DNA from: a virus
Taxonomy: Duplodnaviria; Caudoviricetes
Direction: 5' to 3' (one strand)
Virus record (IMG/VR): IMGVR_UViG_3300037310_000254
Span: 1 to 38,726 of that record
Length of the DNA stretch: 38,726 nt
Shown here: piece after piece, positions 9,962 through 16,647 of the stretch
How the letters are laid out: each line of letters opens with the position of its first letter
Numbering within the stretch: position 1 is the first letter of the stretch
Notes under the pieces: model-generated
Databases searched by the model: none
What the model was told of the DNA's origin: nothing
Seen by the model: the letters and a program-made list of their open reading frames with translations, nothing else
Position numbers and translations under genes: made by a program

Positions 9962-11461
9962 TTAGAAGGGAGTATTATTGGAAACTACATGAGCATCTAT
10001 TGTTCGGACGTTTTTTAGTTGAACAGACGTTATTATATCCCAATACTCATTTATCATGTCTTGTCCATATGCACAACCGTCCAAAATGTCATCTCTATTG
10101 TCTTTTTTGCCAATCTTATATTGTGCGGCTTGCCAGACAATTTTTTGACGTGCATTGCCAAATACTTGATAGCTGCCAGAAAGAACAGTTGAAATCCACG
10201 TCCGAATTCTTTGCTCTTTTTGACGGCCACGAGGAGAAAGTTCTACTACTTGAATGTGATGCATGTTATAAACTGGAATGTATTTATTAAACCAGAAGAG
10301 AAGTGTAGACTGATAAGCTACAGATTCAACTCCTATAACATGAATGTTATGAAGCATACACATACGAAATGCCTCAAGAATAAGTTGTTCTGGATTAAAT
10401 TTATCTGCGGAAACTTCTACGACTACAGGTTTAGAATCTAAAATATAGTGAGCTATTACAACATTGTCATCAGAGGCAAGCTTAAATCCTGCTGGGTCAA
10501 TTGTAAGAAATCCAAAGTCAGGAACCATATGCTCTTCGTCAAATTCACATTCTGGAATTAAACCATCAGGAAGAAGTGCAACACGAGCTGAAATTGGATC
10601 ATTCATCATTTCAGCTAACCAAATGGCCGCTCGATTTAATGATTGGTCATGATTAAATGACTCGCGCAAGGCTTCAATTGGATGAACTTCTTCCCAAAGA
10701 GATTTTTTATCAGAAAGAATACAACCGGTGATAAGAGAAATCCAGTACGGATTGAGTTTGAGTTTGTAAAGAATACATACATCACTATACATGTTACCAA
10801 GATAGAAAGCGAGAGAATGAGAAGGCGTTACAAGTTTGAGAAGCGTTCCAATAAACCAATCGAAAAGACGTTCACGATCAGTTTCTGAACGATCATTAGC
10901 TTCTGTTTGCATATCATCGCAGAGTAATGTATCTGGGCGTCGATGTTTTAAGTTAAGGCCCCGAACAGACGTTCCAGCTCCAATTGCGACAAGTAAAACT
11001 GGACGGTTACGAAACATGCAAGTCTTCTTTTGTTGATTATCAATTCCTTTATTAGCTGTCCAACGACCATAAATTGCTTGAAATTGTTCATCTGAAAGCA
11101 TATCATCTAAGTCAGCAAGAAAGTTTTCTGCAAGAGGTTCTGTAGCACAAGTAATTAGGATAAAAGTAGAGAAATCATAAGCTAAAAGCCAAACTGCGAG
11201 AACTTTCATAAAAGTAGTTTTAGCAAATCCTCGTGGAAGTCCAATTGCGATACGGAGAATTTTTCGAATTGCAGAATTGTTACGATCTATGAGAGCCTTG
11301 AGTAACATGAGATGAATATTAACATAGAATTCTGGAAAAGGATACTCCATAACATCACCAAGAACAATAGCTGAGAAAAAGTTTATGTCAGAATAACCTC
11401 GTTGATAGACTTCTGAAATTGGAGCTGTTAATTCGAGTGCGGCCGGGGTCGGGGCATTCAT
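9962..11461 (-). CDS. terL: Terminase large subunit
   Basis: Walker A GLPRGFAKTT, Walker B LLCDD, GTSVRG, nuclease motifs TIDPAG, GVESVAYQ and DDILD. Confidence 0.93.
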   Translation of the reverse strand: MNAPTPAALELTAPISEVYQRGYSDINFFSAIVLGDVMEYPFPEFYVNIHLMLLKALIDRNNSAIRKILRIAIGLPRGFAKTTFMKVLAVWLLAYDFSTFILITCATEPLAENFLADLDDMLSDEQFQAIYGRWTANKGIDNQQKKTCMFRNRPVLLVAIGAGTSVRGLNLKHRRPDTLLCDDMQTEANDRSETDRERLFDWFIGTLLKLVTPSHSLAFYLGNMYSDVCILYKLKLNPYWISLITGCILSDKKSLWEEVHPIEALRESFNHDQSLNRAAIWLAEMMNDPISARVALLPDGLIPECEFDEEHMVPDFGFLTIDPAGFKLASDDNVVIAHYILDSKPVVVEVSADKFNPEQLILEAFRMCMLHNIHVIGVESVAYQSTLLFWFNKYIPVYNMHHIQVVELSPRGRQKEQRIRTWISTVLSGSYQVFGNARQKIVWQAAQYKIGKKDNRDDILDGCAYGQDMINEYWDIITSVQLKNVRTIDAHVVSNNTPF

Positions 11462-11985
11462 TTAGTTTTAACTAAATTGGATTCAAGTTCGGGCGTGGCC
11501 CTTTTTAAGTAGTCAATTTGCGAAGCATAGCGAGATTTAAGACCGACCGTCCGAATATCTTTGTCTGAAATAGCAGAAACTAGAAATTCTGAGGCGGATT
11601 CATTTGACATAGAGGGTAGGTAAGTTTCAGTTTTTGCTTTTTTTAGTAAGTTTAGAATGGCGGGGCCGGGGTAGAGCTTTTTTAACTGTGCAGCTTCGCC
11701 AATTTTTTGTTTTTCTTGAAATTGATCTACATGTACAAGTTCATGGAGTGTTGTAGTTAAAAGATCTTCTTGAGTTTTTGTAGAATCTTGAAAAATTGTT
11801 AACTTTCCAATGTTTGAATTGAAGGTGCCTTTTAAGTCTGGGCGCATAGTTGGTTGGAAATTAAGACTTGTATTTGAATGATTTACATATTGAGGGAAGT
11901 TAAAATAGAAAATTTCAAGAAGTTTGCCTAAAGCAATTCGTTCTTTCTCTGGAATTTTAGGATTTAGAGAGTAGGTTACTGGCAT
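11458..11985 (-). CDS. Hypothetical protein with HExxH zincin motif
   Basis: 175 aa, TTLHELVHVDQ with a later E (ASEFLV); coupled to the endolysin (TAAATG) and TerL (ATGA). Confidence 0.6.
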   Translation of the reverse strand: MPVTYSLNPKIPEKERIALGKLLEIFYFNFPQYVNHSNTSLNFQPTMRPDLKGTFNSNIGKLTIFQDSTKTQEDLLTTTLHELVHVDQFQEKQKIGEAAQLKKLYPGPAILNLLKKAKTETYLPSMSNESASEFLVSAISDKDIRTVGLKSRYASQIDYLKRATPELESNLVKTK

Positions 11986-12333
11986 TTATGCGCTATTTTC
12001 ATGAGTTAAACTATAATGATTTCCATCTGGAACTTTGAAACGTCCGCCCCAACGACATAATGAATGTTGAGCTTCCCACCATTCTCCTAAAATGAGATGG
12101 CTGGAAGTTTGTGTAAGATATTTTCCATTTCGAAAAAGATTAAGATCAATTGCAAGACGAAGTTTATGAAGGGACTTAGCTTTTCCATAACCTAGTTTAT
12201 TTCCAAATTCTCCGTGAAGTCGAGGATCTCGATATGCGTCTCCAAGTGTTAGTTCATAACCTAAAGAATTGGCTTGGATTATAAGTTGAGCGACTAGTTT
12301 TGTAAAAAGTTGTTGTTTTTCTATAAGTTTCAT
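11986..12333 (-). CDS. Endolysin, peptidase M15 family
   Basis: GDAYR, SLHxxRLAIDLN and WGGRF..DGNHYS zinc-binding motifs of M15 peptidases. Confidence 0.9.
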   Translation of the reverse strand: MKLIEKQQLFTKLVAQLIIQANSLGYELTLGDAYRDPRLHGEFGNKLGYGKAKSLHKLRLAIDLNLFRNGKYLTQTSSHLILGEWWEAQHSLCRWGGRFKVPDGNHYSLTHENSA

Positions 12334-12500
12334 ATAATGCTTCCTGCATTTGGAACAATTAATTCGACTGAATATATGAAATAGATAGTTCCAGTTTCAT
12401 GTACGAATTTATCTAAGGCATCATGAATGTTAAGAGCGAGAACTGTGCGATATTGAGGAACTCCTTGCATAAGATAAGTAATTTTGTATGTGTGTTTCAT
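12330..12500 (-). CDS. Small hypothetical protein (56 aa)
   Basis: Not in track; MKHTYKITYLMQGVPQYRTVLALNIHDALDKFVHETG...GSII*. Exactly fills the gap, with TAAATG and ATGA coupling on either side. Confidence 0.75.
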   Translation of the reverse strand: MKHTYKITYLMQGVPQYRTVLALNIHDALDKFVHETGTIYFIYSVELIVPNAGSII

Positions 12501-12773
12501 TTATATCACTAGTTGCCAATCGTTAGCTAAAAGATCTGATTGGGGGGCTACCCAAGGTACAATTTCCCCTGTTGCAGTTCGTAGATCAATGTGAGGGTGA
12601 TAATCTATCCAAGTACCTTCTGAGTAGATGGTGTTTAATGGGGCGCGTGAGACTTGAAATCTAGATCCTGAAACTAGGAAAATAAACATATCTGTACCGT
12701 TCCAGCCGGCACGCTGAAGCTTAAATCCTTGACGAAGGTAATGAAGGGCTTGGCCGAAATCGAGTTCTTGCAT
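12501..12773 (-). CDS. DUF2829 / Tad2-family nucleotide-signal sponge (anti-Thoeris)
   Basis: DFGQAL..L..G.K..RAGWNG..MF and VPWVAPQSDLLANDW signature; likely start ATG 12773 after GAGG. Confidence 0.85.
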   Translation of the reverse strand: MQELDFGQALHYLRQGFKLQRAGWNGTDMFIFLVSGSRFQVSRAPLNTIYSEGTWIDYHPHIDLRTATGEIVPWVAPQSDLLANDWQLVI

Positions 12774-12774
12774 T

Positions 12775-12957
12775 TTAAGCCTCAAATCTTGCAATGCGTT
12801 CATCTAAAATCTCTGAATAACCACTCATGTAGAAATATTGAGTTTTAAGCAGCTTGAGGATTTGGAACTGCACTGAACAAAGGAACTCTTGAAGTTTGAC
12901 AAGTTTTGTATTTAATTCTACCTTCTCGTTAATTACTCGTTCTTGCCAATCTTGCAT
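12775..12957 (-). CDS. crAss001_48-like helical hairpin protein
   Basis: QERVxxEKxELxxKLxKLxxF...LLxxQxxxMxxYSEILxxRI pattern; AAGGAG RBS. Confidence 0.7.
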   Translation of the reverse strand: MQDWQERVINEKVELNTKLVKLQEFLCSVQFQILKLLKTQYFYMSGYSEILDERIARFEA

Positions 12958-12967
12958 CTCGTTCTCC

Positions 12968-13045
12968 TTAGATTGGTTTCGGAAGTTGAAAAAGTTTTGC
13001 CAATGCTTCAGCAGCTTTTTGCAACTGTTTTTGTGTGGCAGTCAT
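12968..13045 (-). CDS. 25-aa peptide
   Basis: Not in track; MTATQKQLQKAAEALAKLFQLPKPI*, AAGGAG RBS, ATGA overlap with the TerS stop. Confidence 0.55.
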   Translation of the reverse strand: MTATQKQLQKAAEALAKLFQLPKPI

Positions 13046-13542
13046 GTTGTAGCTCCTTCATTCATTTCGTTAAAGATTTCAATAACTTTTTGAGAAGGTA
13101 ATGGAACAAGAGAACGATCGCCGAAAGCTATAATTTCTCCTTGTTCATTGAGTGTGAGATTTGATTTGGCATGTTCTGGGAGAGTAAGAGTTACTTGTTG
13201 AGTTACATTGATAATTCCTTGGTTTGTCATCCCAGTTTGAATTTGAGGCAGTTTAGTTTTACGATAGTTGTTTACAGCATCCAGAATTTTTACGAGTTGC
13301 GGAACTTCTGAAACATGAATCTCTTCTTCAAGTTGTTTGAGAACTTTCTCTTCAATATCTTCATATTTTTTATCTATACGGTCAGAAGAGAATTTTGTAC
13401 GGAGTGGTTGATAAAGTTCTTGGAATTTTGGAGTTTTAATAAGTTCGGAGAGTGTGGAGGGCTGGCATCCAACCATTAAACAAACTTTCTCAGGTTTGAA
13501 TCCTTGTGCGAGGTATGTTGCTATTTGAGAATGGTCTAACAT
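13042..13542 (-). CDS. Putative terminase small subunit (N-terminal HTH)
   Basis: 166 aa, HTH-like IATYLAQGFKPEKVCLMVGCQPSTLSELI followed by helices; first gene of the late arm; GGAGG RBS. Confidence 0.6.
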   Translation of the reverse strand: MLDHSQIATYLAQGFKPEKVCLMVGCQPSTLSELIKTPKFQELYQPLRTKFSSDRIDKKYEDIEEKVLKQLEEEIHVSEVPQLVKILDAVNNYRKTKLPQIQTGMTNQGIINVTQQVTLTLPEHAKSNLTLNEQGEIIAFGDRSLVPLPSQKVIEIFNEMNEGATT

Positions 13543-13567
13543 TGGGGCCTCCGTCTTGATGGGTGAG

Positions 13568-13596
13568 ATTATATGGGAGCGCCGGGGTGTTTACAA
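13568..13596 (-). promoter_or_regulatory. sigma70 promoter for the late arm
   Basis: Minus strand TTGTAA-17 nt-TATAAT, just upstream of the TerS RBS. Confidence 0.8.
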
Positions 13597-13742
13597 GGGG
13601 AATCGTGGCATCGAGGAATTGAGATTTTTTTAAGGTTTTATTTTGGATGTGAGGGATTTGAGTTTAGTTCGGAAATTTTTTTAGGTCGTAATTGAAAGAT
13701 CCAGGCCAGCAGAAAACAAAAAAAACCCATACGGGGGGATCC

Positions 13743-13755
13743 TAAGTCATTGATT
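13743..13755 (-). promoter_or_regulatory. IHF binding site
   Basis: AATCAATGACTTA matches WATCAANNNNTTR, with a T8 tract 7 nt upstream. Confidence 0.6.
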
Positions 13756-13762
13756 CTAGACG

Positions 13763-13795
13763 AAAAAAAACCTGCCCGAAATATTGGGCAGGTTT
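13763..13795 (-). terminator. Rho-independent terminator
   Basis: AAACCTGCCC..GGGCAGGTTT stem with a T8 tail on the minus strand, 20 nt after the stop at 13815. Confidence 0.85.
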
Positions 13796-13814
13796 GAACG
13801 AAAGCCGAGGAAGC

Positions 13815-14483
13815 TCAGACTTCTTCCCCCATTTCAGCCTTCGCTTGGATCGCATCAGTCACCTTTTCTACGACCTTTACATATCTGGCTTGCAATTCTT
13901 CAGATTGAGCTTTCGCCCAGTCTCCCAAGTACGAGACAAAGGCTGTGAAGTATTTCTTCTCCACGCCTTTCAAGCCTTCAGGCTGGGCAAACAAGGAGGA
14001 ATAAAGCTCAACCAAGCCCTTCTTCTTCCCAAGCCCTTCCAAGAAGCCAGCAAAGCTCTTAATGGCTTCGCTCTTGATCTTCAAGTACTCCCCGCCCCGC
14101 TGGCCAACTTCTGTTAGCTCAGCAAATGTCGTCGGGATAGACATTCCCGACTTGAGTTTCCCATCTGCGGTTTTTGACCGCGCAAAAGCTTCCACCTTGG
14201 CAACAACGGCCGAATACAGCCATTGAAGCCTCTCGTCTGAATAAATCGGATACACCTCGGACGGTTTCCGCTTTGCCTCCGCTCCAACATCATGTTGGGC
14301 AACGATCCCGAAGTCTTCCAACGTGGGATAGAAAACTTCTACCGTTCCCAGCACTACGGTGGAAGTTTCACCGCTCGCATCCTTTATTCTCTTCCCCAAT
14401 TCAAGGGGAGCATGCAATACGAAAGTTTCCTCCATGCCCAGCATGGAAGTCTCGGTCAGATTGACGTTCGCGTTCGCGTTCAT
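13815..14483 (-). CDS. Hypothetical protein (222 aa), GC-richer, probably early and highly expressed
   Basis: GGAG RBS, own terminator, codon usage distinct from the rest of the genome. Confidence 0.8.
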   Translation of the reverse strand: MNANANVNLTETSMLGMEETFVLHAPLELGKRIKDASGETSTVVLGTVEVFYPTLEDFGIVAQHDVGAEAKRKPSEVYPIYSDERLQWLYSAVVAKVEAFARSKTADGKLKSGMSIPTTFAELTEVGQRGGEYLKIKSEAIKSFAGFLEGLGKKKGLVELYSSLFAQPEGLKGVEKKYFTAFVSYLGDWAKAQSEELQARYVKVVEKVTDAIQAKAEMGEEV

Positions 14484-14579
14484 ATTTGATCTCCGAAGCC
14501 CCTATGGTTTGACTGTCCACGCTCGGGGCTGGCAAGCTTGGACAGGAACTACGATTCTACCGCTCCGGCCTGGGGCGAG

Positions 14580-14978
14580 CTAATTATTCAATAGCCCATC
14601 AACATAATCCATTTCGGGATTCTGTCGATCAGAAAACTGTGCATCAAGCAAAATCCACCCAAGAGGGTGTCGAATGAAATGCTCTTGAGTGATTCCACTA
14701 GCGGAACTGTTATAGAAAAACAATTCACTTCCAATGGGCAAGTTATTGACCCATTCCTGGGTTGCAGCGGTTGTTTCGCTGTGATGATCCCACGAATGCA
14801 CAAAATGGCGAGAAACTTCCAGTACTACAATTTTCCCATCAGGGAGCAATGCACTCCCTGAAAAGCCCGAATACCAGTACCCCCCAGCAAACGAATCGCC
14901 TACAACGATTTCTCTTACGAATTTCTGGAGAATTTCATACGAAATGCTGTTCAAAGCTTCCAGATTGAACTTTTCCAT
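14580..14978 (-). CDS. Hypothetical early protein (132 aa)
   Basis: Start re-assigned to ATG 14978 (AAGGA RBS) because ATG 15023 abuts the -10 box. Confidence 0.7.
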   Translation of the reverse strand: MEKFNLEALNSISYEILQKFVREIVVGDSFAGGYWYSGFSGSALLPDGKIVVLEVSRHFVHSWDHHSETTAATQEWVNNLPIGSELFFYNSSASGITQEHFIRHPLGWILLDAQFSDRQNPEMDYVDGLLNN

Positions 14979-15023
14979 GATTCTATCCTTTCTCATGTGG
15001 TTGAACTTCGAAACTGCACGCAT

Positions 15024-15075
15024 AGTATATCACACAAAATCCACAATTGCAAGCTTTTTTTCATCTTTTTTTTTC
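15024..15075 (-). promoter_or_regulatory. Strong sigma70 promoter with extended -10 and UP-like A tracts
   Basis: TTGCAA (15052-47)-17 nt-TATACT (15029-24), TG at the extended -10 position, A-tracts upstream. Confidence 0.8.
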
Positions 15076-15215
15076 GCTCCCCTTCCCAGGAACTATCTAT
15101 GAAGAAACTAACAAACTCAAAAAACGCGACCGGATTTAGGTTTAAGCTACAAGTTTATCATATATGAAGAAACAAATTAGATTAGATTAAATCGAGAGGT
15201 ACCCCCCTCCCCGGA

Positions 15216-15542
15216 TCATAGAGTCACATTGTATGGGGTGTCGGTCCCAAGATCCTCCTGAAGTCCAGCCACTCAGTTTTAATCTAACCCACTAGTTATA
15301 ATCTATCCTGATTTATCCTTTTTAAGGGTTCAAAAAATGAATTTTTTTTTCAGGAAAAATTTTCAAACCCCTAAAAAACATACATTGAGGATATTTAGAC
15401 AAATCAATTGGGGACTTGGTTACTGCATCACAATGCAATCCAGAACAAATATAATATATAAAGAGAAAGGGAAAAGAATATACTGCACTGGGACTTGAAC
15501 TGGACCCCAGGGACCGGGACACCGTACAATGAGACTGTACGA
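15216..15542. repeat. Imperfect 33-bp inverted repeat around an AT-rich core (candidate origin)
   Basis: 15216-15248 vs reverse complement of 15510-15542: 26/33 identical; weaker similarity continues inward. Confidence 0.7.
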
Positions 15543-15575
15543 CCCGTAATCCCCCTCACCCCTGGAGATTATCTT

Positions 15576-16100
15576 ATGAAACAGATATACGAATGGCGAA
15601 ATATCCTACAATACCCTACATGTTGTATTACTCACAAAGATAAAGAAACAAAATATCGTTACTATGGAGAAACATTTTTACGACATCATAAAAGAGCACG
15701 ACAACTTATTCTTACAAATCCAGAATTATTTAATCTCCATTTTGAAGAGCATAAACTTTATATATTTGATGACCCAATTCATGGAAAGCTTGGAACATTA
15801 GACAAAGAAGAACTTTTTAAGTTTTTCAAAGGAAAAACATTTGAGATTTTCTATTTTGGAATAGGGAAAGAGCGTTGGTTTCCAAACTCTGAAACCAGTC
15901 ATACAAAAGAGGATCCAACAATAAAACCCATACAAGTATATTTTTGTAATGGATGGATCAACCTAAATGATAAAAACATTCATAGTCAAAACATTGAAAA
16001 TGAAGAACCAGAAACCATAAATGAATTTCCAATTAAACAATTAAGTGAAGAAGAACTTAATGCAATGGGATTCCAGCTAGCCCCTGACGAGGAAGTGTGA
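15576..16100 (+). CDS. Hypothetical early protein (174 aa)
   Basis: Start re-assigned to ATG 15576 (GGAG RBS); acidic C-terminus. Confidence 0.7.
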   Translation: MKQIYEWRNILQYPTCCITHKDKETKYRYYGETFLRHHKRARQLILTNPELFNLHFEEHKLYIFDDPIHGKLGTLDKEELFKFFKGKTFEIFYFGIGKERWFPNSETSHTKEDPTIKPIQVYFCNGWINLNDKNIHSQNIENEEPETINEFPIKQLSEEELNAMGFQLAPDEEV

Positions 16101-16108
16101 TACGCTAT

Positions 16109-16152
16109 GCCTTGGCACAGATTTTGTTTCTAAGCAAGAATCGTGCCAGGGC
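16109..16152. promoter_or_regulatory. Hairpin formed by two facing sigma54 (-24/-12) motifs
   Basis: Minus 16148-16133 TGGCACGATTCTTGCT (full consensus); plus 16113-16128 TGGCACAGATTTTGTT (near consensus). Confidence 0.55.
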
Positions 16153-16190
16153 GCAGTTCCCAGAAAACATCGCATGGAGAAAAGACAGAA

Positions 16191-16235
16191 AACTTTAATA
16201 CTTTATAAGATAATTTACTTGTAAAGTATTGGGTT
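16191..16235 (+). promoter_or_regulatory. Long stem-loop, possible RNase III or mRNA processing site
   Basis: AATACTTTATAAG/CTTGTAAAGTATT 13-bp stem with a G-U pair, extendable; no U tail. Confidence 0.55.
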
Positions 16236-16270
16236 AAGAACCAATGTTATTTCTTAAAAGGAAAATGATC

Positions 16271-16558
16271 ATGGCACATCGTGTATCTTTGAATGAAACT
16301 GTTGTAGTTCTTACTGATCTTGATTCCTTCCCCACAATAACAGGAAAAGTGGAAGGATTTACAAAAAATGGACAATACATCAAAGTTGGGAAAGAACTGT
16401 ATCATTCATTTTCAGTATGGCCCATCTCCCAACTTGAAACCCTGCAAAAGCTTTTGGCAGAACGAATGAAGCTGAAAAAAGCTTATGATGAATCCATTAG
16501 TGGGTTTTATCAACTTCATAACAAGCTAATAAACGAAAAGGAACAAAAAGGAACATAG
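16271..16558 (+). CDS. Hypothetical protein
   Basis: AAAGGA RBS before ATG 16271; beta-rich N-terminus plus coiled coil. Confidence 0.7.
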   Translation: MAHRVSLNETVVVLTDLDSFPTITGKVEGFTKNGQYIKVGKELYHSFSVWPISQLETLQKLLAERMKLKKAYDESISGFYQLHNKLINEKEQKGT

Positions 16559-16624
16559 CAGGAAACTCCAATATCTCATAAGAGCTAAAGTTTATCTTTT
16601 GTGAGATATCTGAGCAATCTTGCT
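16557..16624 (+). promoter_or_regulatory. Long stem-loop, possible RNase III site
   Basis: AGCAGGA..CTC..ATATCTCATAAGAG pairs with CTTTTGTGAGATAT..GAG..TCTTGCT, with internal loops and G-U pairs. Confidence 0.6.
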
Positions 16625-16647
16625 CAATTGGAAAAAGGAAAAGGAAA

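Noticed and set aside
13794-14968. Plus-strand and alternative-frame ORFs over the GC-richer cassette
   Set aside because: Shadows of the minus-strand genes, which have the RBS, promoter and terminator; higher GC lengthens spurious ORFs.
15098-15173. Direct repeat TATGAAGAAAC x2 and ATTAG tandem
   Set aside because: Short, AT-rich, two copies only; may belong to the origin region but is not supportable alone.
15322-15575. ORF 15322-15522 (-) and the TTG-start extension from 15495
   Set aside because: No RBS and they overlap the inverted-repeat element; ATG 15576 has a GGAG RBS.
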